DNA of 33,413 nt, taken from positions 4,861,575-4,894,987 of the forward strand of contig MU053379.1 of the NCBI GenBank assembly GCA_013239625.1, read 5' to 3'. Position 1 is the stretch's first letter; the number at the start of each line of letters is the position of its first letter. Origin of the DNA: Lama guanicoe (taxonomy: Eukaryota). Below the pieces are notes generated by a model. That model did no database searches. It saw only the letters and a program-made list of their open reading frames with translations, and was not told the origin of the DNA. The position numbers were made by a program, and so were the translations under genes. Of this stretch, positions 1 through 10,326 are shown one piece after another.

Positions 1-343
1 CGCTGGAGGACACGGGCTGCAGCGCACGACTCGGGTCTGTCAGGGGCCTGGGTGGCTGCGAGTGGAGCGGCTCAGTGGACGTGGGGGCTGCGTGCGCGGG
101 GGCCCGGGGCGCACAGCGTGGAGGCCCGAGGGTGGCGTCTGCACACGACTCATTTGACTCCGGCAACGCCGGTCGTTTGAGCCAGCTCCCGGTGCGAGTG
201 GGCCTTGTGAACGGTTACAGAGGGGAACGTGCTGTGTGTGATCTTGGTGGAGCCACCAGGAACCCGTGCTCCGAGCGGCGCTGAGGCTAAAAGAACCCAG
301 GCTGCTAAGTGGTGGCCATGAGCCGGTCCAGCTGCCCTCTGTG

Positions 344-436
344 TCTTGTTTAATCTTTGCAGTGAGACTGAAAGGCTGGGATTTATTGCGCCCATTTAAT
401 GGATGAGAACACTGAAGTTTCAAGGGATTGAATAAC
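344..436 (-). mobile_element. MIR SINE fragment
   Basis: tttaatctttgc...cccatttaatggatgagaacactgaagtttcaagggattgaataac resembles the reverse-complement MIR core (cccattttacagatgaggaaactgaggctcagagaggttaagtaac). Confidence 0.6.
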
Positions 437-1002
437 GCACAGAAATCAGAGAGGTAGCAGGGCGCACGACGCAAATACCGACATTTCTAACCCTTAAAAT
501 CAAATTTCCTGCAGTTTAGCTGACTTTCCCCTGCAAATAAAGATAGAAGCACAGAACTCACTTCTAAACCCACCGTCTCCCCACTATTTGGAGCGAGTTA
601 CAGTGAAGGAGAGGTGCCTTTCAGGCGGGACTGGGCGCTTACCTGGGGGCTTCACTCAGCCCCACGTGGCAGGGCGGGCTGGAGCTGGAGCTGGCGGACC
701 CTCCACCCTGAGACCCTGGGTCTGGAGGCCTGAGGGCTCCGTGTGCTGCGTCTGCTGCAGACATCTGCATTTGAGCATCTATAATGTCTTGATTTCATTT
801 CACTTCATACAATGTTTCTTTCCTTTACCAACTGCACCATTAGAACAATAATTAAATAAGAAAAGGGAATTAAGGATCAGGTTATAAGTTTCATGAATAG
901 CGCCAGCAACCGGGAGCTGGATGAATTGGGGGAAAGAGACTCTCTGTGTGGCCCCGAAGTCTGGAGAGCACGAGTCCCAGGGCCGTAACCGCACCCTCGA
1001 AG

Positions 1003-1330
1003 TCCATCCACCCGCCGACGCTGGCTGAGCACCTGCTGTGCGCCAGGCCCTGCTCCAGGCGCAGAACCGAGCAGCGAGCAGCGCAGAGCCCCTCTTCACA
1101 GAGTGCCTGGTGGCGACTAGTTACGAAGGAGGAAATTCAAGCTGGAAATGGACATGAGCTCACATCTTAAACAAAGAGGTCACAGAGGGGCTGCTGCGTG
1201 CATAGCATTTCAAGATAAAACTACAGGCCAGCGATGAGGATCTCGGGAGGAAGAGCTTTTGGGCTGAGGGCAGCCAGTGCAGAGGCCCTGGGGTGGGGAC
1301 ACGTGGGGTGCAGAAGAGAGAACGACCAGG
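1003..1330 (-). mobile_element. LINE-2 3' end fragment, GC-shifted
   Basis: ggctgagcacctgctgtgcgccaggccctgctccaggc matches the L2 tail motif ttgagcacctactatgtgccaggcactgttctaggc. gggaggaagagcttttgggctgagggcagccagtgcagaggccctg matches L2 gggaagagcattccaggcagagggaacagcaagtgcaaaggccctg. Confidence 0.7.
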
Positions 1331-2109
1331 TGACCCTGACTGTGTACATCTCCTCCCCAGGCCCCACGTGCAGATGGCCAGTGGGTTCCTCCGCTCACTG
1401 GTGCAGTGGCTCCCATGGTCTGCGGGATGGCCAGAGCCCCCCAGCCTGGACCTCTGTTCCCTACAGCCCCACAAGCCACCCCCACAGCACCGCCCTACCC
1501 CCACCACCTCCCAAGGTCCTCCCTTGGCCCACCTGCCCCGCTGGCCCCCCCGCTATATGGAGCTCCTTGTGGGGGCTCTGTGACCCCAGTACTTGCAGTG
1601 GGGTCCTCAGAGAACCCTGGGGGCCTTTGTGCTGTTTCACTCCTTGGTGCCCATCTCACACCAGTGGGGCCCAGCTCTGGGCACAAGGCGCCCAGGGAAT
1701 CGGGCCAGACCTGCCTTCCTTCAGCATCCGACGTGATCCAGGAGGGGAGGACCCTGCGACTCAGGATTTCTGAATGAAATGCAGGGACGCCAGGCGCCGG
1801 CTGTCCTGTCGTCACAGGTCCCTGTGAGTGCACTTTGTCCACGTCCCTCCGTCTGTGCTGGCAGCTTCGTGAGCCCTGATTCAGTGACAAGGAAATACTG
1901 CCGGAGCACGGGAACCATGGCCGTGCCCACCCGCCTGCTCCTGGGCCCGCCGAGCCGACCTCCCCGCTCCGGGTAGTCTCTTCTCACAGGCAGCTTTGCT
2001 GGCAACACTGGGCACGGGACACCCCAACGCCGTCCCTAAAACAGGCAGCCGCGTTCACCCCCCAGGAATGTCCTTCCAGCTCAGAGAACATGCACTGTCC
2101 TGTCCAGAG

Positions 2110-2570
2110 GGCAGGTGCCCAGATGCCTGAGAGGCAGGAGAGTCATCTGGAACTTCTGCAATCAGGGTGGAGAGAGCTCCTCAGGTTTCACCAGCCTCTG
2201 ACTGAAGCTGAGCGCTTCTCCCGACTGTGACCGCGGACAGCGCCTCTGCTGAGCCTCGGTCCCCCGTGGGAAGCGCAGCAGCTTCTTATCACGGGGCCGT
2301 TGAGCATGCTGTCTTGAAATACCGTTCACGCTCACGTGTGCTCGGGGAACCCACACTCTAGCACGAGGGGCCGGCTGGAGCCGTAACAGAGCGTCACGCG
2401 TAACGTGATCACGAGTGGCTTTTTAACGTCTTCATGGCTCTATTTCAGTAGATTTGGTTCCTGTTGTAACTCTCTGTATTTCAGCTTATGAACCTAAAAA
2501 CACTGTCCTGAGCATGTCCATCAGTTCCACCAGCTCTCAAAGGGGTCCAGGCACCAAAAGACGAGGAGTC
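2110..2570 (+). mobile_element. hAT-Charlie DNA transposon relic (Charlie4a-like)
   Basis: Colinear similarity to the remembered Charlie4a consensus: tttcaccagcctctgactgaagctgagc; tcttgaaataccgttcacgctca; tatttcagtagatttggttcctgttgtaactctctgtatttcagcttatgaacctaaaaacactgtcctgag; caaaggggtccaggcaccaaaag. Flanked by NTCTAGAN-like sites gtccagag (2102-2109) and ctctggag (2571-2578). Confidence 0.7.
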
Positions 2571-3869
2571 CTCTGGAGGTGTGACCAGGCCCCCGTCCCC
2601 CCAACACGGTCCTGCCGGCTCTGGGCCCCCCCACCCCTGGGCCTCTCCACGCGCCCCTCCCAGCTCCGCGTGGGGATTTGACAAAAGAGAAGCCCCCGGC
2701 TCCCTGTCCGACGGGACTAAGGGGGCATTGCAGGCTCACGGCCACCCCGGCTGACTGTCCCACCTCCCTTCCCTGCAGGGAGGGACCTGCCCTCTGCACT
2801 GTCGGCCCTGAGGGGCTGGTCCTGGGGGAGCCCCAGGGGTGGTCCCGCAGCGTGGCTGCAGGTCAGGATGCCGGGCTCACGGGCACCAGTGGCTCCGCCT
2901 GTCTGTCCTTCTCTTGCCAGAGTCATTTCTGGCCCACAAATTACACTCCTACCAGCCCGTTACTCTGCCAACCCGCAAAGCCAAGGAGGAAAAGACCTCA
3001 TCTCCGCAGCAGTCTCATTACCTTCATATCTTACTCTCATCTACTGAAGCTGGAAGAAAAGATGCTCCGAGGTAAAGCGCCCCCTCCCGCTGTGCGTTCG
3101 CCCGCGTCCTCCACGCAGTAGAGCTGATGGCCAGCCCACACGCTGCAGGCGCTGCCGCGACCTTTCCTCTTTCCGGAAGCGTCTCCTCGTTTTCCTTGGC
3201 TCTTTTTTCACACCGTGCATGTCGTGCACCAGTCCCCATGACCGAGGGCAGGGCATCTTCGAGAATTAGTGTTTCCTCAACTGAAACAGCAGCGACAACC
3301 GTCAGACGCCGTGGAGGACAGGCACGGCCCCCGCGAAGCGCGGGCCCCACGGGCGGAGGCTCGGGCCTGGGTGCCGGGCCGGCAGGTCTCACCCGGGCCG
3401 GGCCCGTCTGAGCCCGCGACTCAGGACTGCTCGGGGTCTGCTGCAGAGGTGGCCTCAGGCTTGGCGCTGGGCCAGCTTTGCGGGGGGATGATGGCACGGT
3501 ACCAGTGAATCACTTCCGCCGGAACAACGAGCAGGTCTGTGCTCAGCACCGTCATCTCGTCTGTGCTGCTGGAACCTCGGCTGAACTCACCGCGACCGGG
3601 CCCCCAGGACCCCTCAGGAGGGTGGGTGGGAAGGACCCGGACTGGGTGGGGCCCCTCGGAGCCGGCGCCCCCGGCCCCTCAAGCTCCACGGTCACCGTCG
3701 GAGCTCAGGCTGTTTCCTCGGGGCTGCCACTGGGGGGACGGGAGGCAGCAGGTCCCTGCACGGGCACCGTCAGTGTGTCCTTGTCCCTCAGCACCTGGGA
3801 GGTGTGAGAGACACAGCAGAGGAGGCCTGTCTGTACTGACCCGCAGGGGGCCCCCCCGAGAGGAGCTGT

Positions 3870-4108
3870 CCGCCAGGGTGGGAAGCACTTTTATTTTGCT
3901 TATTCTTAACTTACCTAAAAGGTTGCTGTCAGTGCAGAGCAAGAGCAGTGACATGTAGCAGTGCTTACCAGCGCTGGGTGACACAGGAATACGTGCAAGT
4001 GACAGCAGGGTTGGGGGCACGGGGACCTTCCGTCACGAGGTACCTGGACCACTCTCGAGATGGCGTGGGGCTGTTTAAATGTAGACTTAGATGACTGAGA
4101 TACAAACT
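3870..4108 (+). mobile_element. Old L1M element, inter-ORF region
   Basis: cttttattttgcttattcttaacttacctaaaagg ... gaggtacctggacc ... tttaaatgtagacttagatgactg matches the L1M inter-ORF segment (cttttatttttcttattcttaattgatctaaaag ... ttgaaagtggacttagattagttg). Confidence 0.6.
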
Positions 4109-4109
4109 T

Positions 4110-4442
4110 AAAAAGGAAGTGTATGTCCATCAACAGACGACTGGATAAAGACGCTGTGTTGTATTTATGCAGTGGAATACTACTCAGCCATAAAAAAGAA
4201 TGAAATAGTGCCATTTGCAGCAGCATGGATGGACCTGGAGATGGTTATTCTAAGTGAACTCAGCCAGACAGAGAAAGACAAATGCCATATAATATCACTC
4301 AGATGTGGAATCTAAAAGAAAAAGAAAAAGAAAAATTATCTTATTTACAAAACAGAAAGACTCACAGGCATAGAGAACAAACTTATGGTTACCAGTGGGT
4401 AGAGGGGGTGGGACGGGATAAACTCGGAATTCAAGATTTGCA
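4110..4442 (+). mobile_element. Younger L1 (ORF2 C-terminus plus 3' UTR), camelid-like, without poly(A) tail
   Basis: Clear L1 3' signature: atgtccatcaacagacgactggataaag, ggaatactactcagccataaaaaagaatgaaata, gcagcagcatggatggacctggag, gagaaagacaaatgccatat, aacaaacttatggttacc, gggataaactcggaattcaagatttgca. The last motif resembles the camelid L1 3' UTR as I recall it. Confidence 0.9.
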
Positions 4443-4980
4443 CCCCATGGGTCAAAGAAGACTCAAGGGAAATGTTTCAATATTCTGAACTAAATGAGAA
4501 TGAAAATAAAACATCAAAATTTGTGGGGTGTCATTAAAACAGTGCTGAGAGGGAAACTTACAGCATTAAATGCAAGTATTAGAAAAGAAGAAAGATCTAA
4601 AAGTCATAACCCAAGCGGCCGCCCTAAGAAACCGGAGAAACAAGAGTGAGTTAAAGCACACAGAACGAAGAGGATCGTTAGCATTGGAGAAGAAACCGGC
4701 TAACACGAGAACAGGAGAGCAGTAGAGAAGCCGCCTCTTTGAAAAGAGGAATCAATAAAATTTGAAAAGATCCATGAAACTAATAAAACTCTAAAAAATA
4801 AAAATAAACAAACAAAGCTCCAGCCAGGCTAGCCAGCGGGCGAGGGAGCGGACCTCCTGTCCCAGGGGGGAGAGGCCGCGTCTGCGGAGGCTTCACGGGG
4901 GAGAGCTCTGTGCCAGAGCCCAGCACCTCGGGGAAGTGGGCCGGCCCCTTGAGAGCCAGCCGCCAGCCCTCGCGAGGACC
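4443..4980 (+). mobile_element. Old L1M ORF2 relic (region after the endonuclease domain)
   Basis: ccatgggtcaaagaag...tattctgaactaaatgagaatgaaaat...aaaatttgtgggg...cagtgctgagagggaaacttacagcattaaatgc...agaaaagaagaaagatctaaa is the degraded PWVKEE..ELNENEN..QNLW..AVLRGKFIALNA..KEERSK segment. It continues in GC-shifted form to about 4980. Confidence 0.8.
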
Positions 4981-6514
4981 TCGGCTCACGGAATCGCCGT
5001 CTCCGTGCAACGACGGTCCCCTCCTCGGCCGCGTGTCGGAGTCACCTGCGCCCATGAGCGGCTGGCTCTCGGGCCCCCCTCGCAGGCGTCTTTCTGTGAC
5101 GGGCAGGGTCCGCGTGGGGCCGGGGTGCTCGGTGTCTCCACGTTCTGACGTCCTTTGAGGAAGACCGAGTTTCCTGCTCTAGGAGCCTTTCTCCTGGCCG
5201 GCCTGTCAACAGCTGGAAGCATGAGGGGTCCCCAGCCCCAGTGCCTGGAGCTGACGCTGGCTTCTGCCTCCAGTCTTGGAAGTGGAAAACCATCCTTCTC
5301 AACAGCAAGACGCTTTGCCCCCAGAGAGGAAAGGGACCTTCGTGGGCCTGTGTTTGGTGCACGGGGGGAAGGACCAAACGCAGGGGCCCCTCTGGGCTCC
5401 AGACCCAGCTGGGGAGGACCCCCTGCAGGCGGTGTGAACTTGCATGTCGGACGAAGTGCTCACGCCACAGCACACGGAGATCCTCGGGGCTGGAGAGTGG
5501 AGGCAGTGACAAAAAATTGAAGAGTTGGTGCTCTCGGCTGTGGCGGTATCTTTAGATCTTTGATTCATGGCGTGGGTGTAAGCGTGGATGTTAAACCATT
5601 TTCGCTTGTTTGTGCTTACGGCTCTCAGAGGAGAGGCGAGTGGTCCCAGCTGGGAACCGGGGAACTGAGTGAGGGCGGCCCACTCGCGTGTTCCAGCTCC
5701 CAGGCCATGCCTAGCTGCTCAGCCCCTTCCCTGTGTAAAACTTCCTTGGGAGGAAAAGGCGAGGAGCAGCCCCAGCTGCCAGGGGCACATGGAGAGCTCT
5801 GGAGGGCGGCCAGAGCCCGTGGTCGGTCCGGTGACCCTCTTTGGAAGCCATGAACCTGGAGTCTGGATGGAGCAAAGCGTCTTCTGTATGGAGCCCAGGT
5901 GGCTCTGCCTCCTGGCGGTGTGTTGGTGGGGGGCCCTCAGTGGGGGTCGCCCCCCTCAAGGCCCATCGACTTACAGCAGAGGGAACCGAAGACGTCCACA
6001 GGAAGGTCGTGGCCAGTAGACTAAGGACACAGGGAGCCGTGTGCACCTGGGAGGGTGTCTGTTTCAGGAAGGCCCTCGTAGAGGACGATGCTCCCCTCTG
6101 GGCACTGGTCTCCAAGAATCCAAGGTATCAGAGCTTTCAGATGTCCCACCCCAACCGACGGAGGACACCGGGGTGCGCACGGCAGGGATGGGGGACACTG
6201 GCCACAGCCAAGTTCGCCATCCTCCAGGGGACGCACCCGGCACCTCGCCCACCCTCATTCCACCTGCCGCACCTCTGTGTGGCCCTTCCCTTATCTGAAG
6301 GCGGATCCCAGCCTTTTCCAAGAATCCGGGAGTGAAAACCAGTCTCAACTCCGCGGGCTCCGGCCCCCAGAGCCCGGGCAGGAGGGGCCGTGGTCGTCCC
6401 ACACGGAATCTAAGCTCTAGACCCTGAAGACAGGGTGTGGGGGGCACCCAGAGAGGGGGCGACTGCCCTGCACATCAGGACCCCGGGTCCAGCGCTCACA
6501 CCACCAGGGAAGAC

Positions 6515-6553
6515 CCCCAAGGTGGGTGGAGCCCCAAGGTGGGTGGAGCCCCA
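6515..6553. repeat. 17-bp tandem duplication (ccccaaggtgggtggag x2.3)
   Basis: Two exact copies at 6515-6531 and 6532-6548, followed by a partial cccca. Confidence 0.9.
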
Positions 6554-7049
6554 GTGGTGACAGTGACTGCCCGAGGCCACGTGACCAAGGCGTGCCTCCC
6601 TGTTCGTCCCGGGAGAGCCGAGACATCAGGGTGTTCCAAACAGGTATGGAGATCTTGAAACAACAGACAGACAGAGATAGGGGCCAGAGGAGGAGGGAAG
6701 AAGGAAGGGAAATGAGGCCATGGGGAAGAGATCCAGCAGTCCTGTCCATCACCCAGCTCCACAGAGTCCACGCCATGCACATGGGCCCTCAGAACTCACC
6801 ATCCGGGCCCTTCTGGCCATTTATAAAGCACTGAGGTACCAAAATTGAGAGTGACTCAGAGCCCAGCACAATCCCAGCAAAGAGAAATGAACATAATGCA
6901 GGATTTGCCGAACCATTTTCCAGCCTGTTTCCGGGGGGCAGGCGAGGTGAGGCACAGGCAGCTTCCAGGAGCTGAGATGGTGTTGGTCGCTGCGTCCCCG
7001 CCGTGCACACCAGGATCCTGCTGAGCAGGCGGGACGTCCACGGTCGCCC

Positions 7050-7145
7050 GGAGTCAGAAGCTGACCCCAAGCCCAGCGCTACGCAGGCCAGCCGCTTGAA
7101 CACCTCTCCGTGTCCCATTTTACTCATCTGGTGGTGGGACATGTC
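7050..7145 (+). mobile_element. MIR SINE fragment
   Basis: ggagtcaga...gcttgaacacctctccgtgtcccattttactcatctggtggtggg resembles MIR acttaacctctctgtgcctcagtttcctcatctgtaaaatggg. Confidence 0.5.
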
Positions 7146-8199
7146 CTCCCTTCCATATAGAGAAGGACAGTGACTCAGTGATAAAGACAGATTTTTATTG
7201 CTCACGTGCAAAGGAAGGTGGTGGAAGCACGGGAGAAGGGGCTCATAGCCGTGCACCCCAGGGGCACGCAGTGAAAACCAGCAGGCCCTCTGCAGCGGGA
7301 TCATGCTGGTGATCACCGTGTCCATGGCGCGGGGGTGGGGGCTCACCCACTGCTGGGGGAACATGCAGCGATGTCTTGTAAACATCAGCGTCCATCTCCC
7401 TGCTTCCCGCCTAGAAATCTGCCCACGAGAAGCGACCCCACATGGGCACAGAGGAGCGTCTGCAAGATCGTTCACAACAGTCACTCGTCACGGCCCCAAA
7501 CAACCTAAGAGAGCCAGAGTTGATCTCAGGGACCCGAGGGCAGAGGGAGGTTTACGGGCCGGTCAGCTTGGTCCGGGCAGCCTCGGAACCCCGTCGGGGG
7601 CTCCTGAGATGTCGGCTCCCAGAAGCCCTGGTGCTGGTCCTTCAGGACCTGTTTACCTTCCACAGGCACCTTGGCCGCTGGCCCCTTGGGCCACCCACAC
7701 TCCTGTGTTGCTTCCAGAACCCCCGAGTTACGGGGTCTCCTGGCCAGAAGGGAGGTGGTTCTGAACAGCCAGCTGCAGGGATGTCAGTACCCGACCAGCG
7801 GGATTCAGGGAAGAAGCTGTGAAGAGCGACGAAGCGTAAACTCCGTGAAGACATGCAGGGCAGTGATGCAGGTCTCAGGGGTGGTCGCAGGGCCCAGGGC
7901 CCTTTCCCCGCAGGGCAGGGCAGGGGAAGTCGATGAGTTGGGGTGAAAATGGTGTGAGCAGCGGTGGAGAAGTCCCCCAGAGGCAGGGCAGCGCGGAGAA
8001 GCCCACCCACCCCGCCTCACCCGCGCCCACCTGACAGGGAACCCGCCTCTCCCTCCCGCCTTCCCCCTCGGGCTCCGAGGCCGCGGTTTCCCTGCCCCGG
8101 GAGAGGAGCGTCTCTGGCTTTGCAGACGGCCCCGTCTGCTCGTCTGACCTCGGAGAGTCCTCTCGAATTATCTCCATGTGAGTGAGTGCTTTCAACTGC

Positions 8200-8680
8200 G
8201 TTTTCTGCCAGTTCCTGCCCCTCCCCAGAGACACCCTCCGCCCCGGCCTCCCTGCCAACCCCACGCGTGGCTTGGCCTGTTCTATACTTCACGGGCTACG
8301 ACCTGGCAGAACCCTGTGTCCAGCTCCTTCTGGCCCACGCTGAGTTCCCGAGATGCATTTCACCGCGTGTCGGGGACCGTTGTCATGTGTCCTGTCACTG
8401 TCGGTGGACTTGGGCTGGCTTCGCGGTCAGGGCTGGGATGGTCACGGACCACCCGTCAGCGTCCCTGGGCACCAAACACGGAACTGCCGTGGGGAGTTTT
8501 GCGGGGAGTGGGACACATCTGTCGCGAGCGTGAGTCTCCAGGCAGGGATGAGAGTTCACGCTCCCACCAGGTCTGCGGGAGAGCTGGGATTTCCCGCGTT
8601 CTCCCAACACTTGGTGTGGAACCTCTCTTCCCTTTGGGCCCTTCCGGGGTCGGCGAGCAGCATGTTCTCTGCGGGGAGGA
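8200..8680 (-). mobile_element. Old L1M (L1MC/ME-like) 3' region, GC-shifted
   Basis: ttggcctgttctatacttcac; ccctgtgtccagctccttctggcccacgctgagttcccgagatgcat; ttcacgctcccaccagg...gagag...ttctcccaacacttggtg match antisense L1 motifs (ttgcctgttctagaacttcat; tacattcccaccagcagtgtatgagag...cctcgccaacacttggt). Confidence 0.7.
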
Positions 8681-10105
8681 TGCCGGCACCACGCCCCCCG
8701 CACCGCTTCCGCGAAGGGCCCCAGAAGCCGGTCCTGAGAGGCCACGAGGCCAGGCTGCCGTCCTGGGGGGACTCAGTGGACCGGAGGCCAGCAGGGCCGC
8801 GAGGAAGGAGCCGGCAGGTCCTGGCAGGGATGCTGTGAGCAGGTTCCCGCTTCAGCTCCCAACCCCGGACCCTCGGACCCCGTGGGAGGTTGGCATCTCA
8901 TTCTGGATTGAGGTCGCACAGCGGTGGGGGGTGGACGTCAGCAGAGGACAGTGAGCCCACCGTCTGGAGGGAGGGCGGGGGCCTGGATTCAGCGCCGGGC
9001 GCCCGCGGGTCAGGCTGCCGAGGGCGGCCCTCAGGGAGCCTGTCCCGCCTGGGCCGGGGCCCAGCAGGTGCCAGCCTGTAACAGCCGAGCCGTGGCTCCC
9101 AGCTACCACACGTCACAACCAACGTGCGCGAAGCCAGACGAGGCGGGTCAGTGCTCAGCCCTGCGGGGGCTGGGTGCCCAGGCCCGGCCTCCTCCTTCTG
9201 TGGCTTGCGTGGCTCCACGGGTGGGCCCAGGCTAGGCTGCAGGGAGAGGTCCCCTACAGAGCAGGAGGCGGGTCCGGGGAATCGCGTGAGGGGCCCCGCA
9301 GAGTCTGGGGGCCAGCAGATATGGCAACGTCAGCCGAGACGGAGCAAGTCACCATTGTCCTTGTTCTCTGCCCACCCCCTCACATCCAAGCCCAAGATCG
9401 GGGGAGGAGGACTGAACGTCCCTCGAGGCCCAGAGCCAGAGAAAAGGGAGGGGGGCCAGGAGCCAAGCCGACATGAGTCCAGATCTCGCCGGGTCAGGGT
9501 CAGGGCCACGGAGGGCAGAAAGTAGCTCCTGGTGACCCTGAGTCTGACCCTCTGCAACCTCGCTGTTTTTCAGTTTGAGTAAAAATGTAGAAACACACCA
9601 AGGATGCACGGAAATGGGGTCCGGTGAGAGTCCAGGGTCTGCAGGTGGGTCCTGAGGGACTGGCCCCACCTTTGCCCTGACGAGCAGTCCCCCCAGCCGC
9701 CGGGGGTCAGACCTCCTTGGTGTCACATGGGGCTTCCGGGGTCCTGCCCTGGTGGCCTCCACCCTCGTCTACCACAGGAGCCGTTTCACAATGGTGGCCC
9801 CCCCATGATGTCACAGCTGGATCACGTGACAGTCCCCGCAGTCTGGCATCTCCTGTGTCGAGGGGGCTGGTGGGGGGGGCTCCACTACAGCAACCCCAGC
9901 CCCCCTGCAGGTGCTCAGCTGGACGACTGCTGGCCGCGGGTATCTCCCAGGGCCCTGATTTCTTTCTTTTAAGCTTTGACTGCCTCCCAGGGTTGGGGGG
10001 GGGCAGGGGTCAATGACAGCCCAAGTCCTCCCTTCCCTGGCCCTGCCGTCTGCTGGGAGCACGCAGCCTCTCGGCAAGTCCTCTCTGAGGTCCGCTAGGG
10101 TCAAG

Positions 10106-10167
10106 GCTCCTGTGCCGGGCCTGCTCACCATGACCCCCATTCTCTCCTCCCACCTCCAACTCTGCAG
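10106..10167 (+). promoter_or_regulatory. SYNDIG1: 3' splice site of the SYNDIG1 terminal exon (branch point, polypyrimidine tract, CAG)
   Basis: AG-free zone at 10106-10165. Branch candidates ctcAc (A10127) and atgAc (A10133). Pyrimidine tract cccccattctctcctcccacctccaactctg. Acceptor AG at 10166-10167. Confidence 0.9.
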
Positions 10168-10326
10168 ACCAACAAGGCAGTGGCCAAGGGGGACTTCCAC
10201 CAGGCAAGCACCAGCTCCCGGCGGGCCCTGTTCCTGGCCGTGCTCTCCATCACCATCGGGACCGGCATCTACGTGGGCGTGGCCGTGGCCCTCATCGCCT
10301 ACCTCTCCAAGAACAACCACCTGTGA
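10168..10326 (+). CDS. SYNDIG1: Terminal coding exon of synapse differentiation-inducing protein 1 (SynDIG1/TMEM90B, CD225/dispanin family)
   Basis: Translated by hand in phase 0 after the acceptor: [52 protein letters not shown] (52 aa, TGA at 10324-10326). I recognise this as the SynDIG1 C-terminus, with its hydrophobic membrane segment and SKNNHL end. Third codon positions are strongly C/G-biased. Confidence 0.96.
   Translation, partial: TNKAVAKGDFHQASTSSRRALFLAVLSITIGTGIYVGVAVALIAYLSKNNHL

Larger units (their letters stand above)
1..10167 (+). other. SYNDIG1: Last intron of SYNDIG1 (3' part; the upstream exon lies outside the window)
   Basis: Ends in a canonical acceptor directly before the terminal coding exon. 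I found no upstream SYNDIG1 exon (the ...[20 protein letters not shown]... segment) in 1-10167, which is largely transposon relics. Confidence 0.8.

Noticed and set aside
4282..4488. 68-aa ORF with ATG
   Set aside because: Lies wholly in L1 3' sequence; a typical repeat-derived spurious ORF.
5010..5160. Possible inverted L1 piece adjoining the + strand ORF2 relic (twin-priming inversion)
   Set aside because: Only faint similarity to antisense L1 after heavy GC shift; cannot be supported without alignment.
9811..10320. 169-aa minus-strand ORF
   Set aside because: Antisense shadow of the GC3-rich SYNDIG1 exon.
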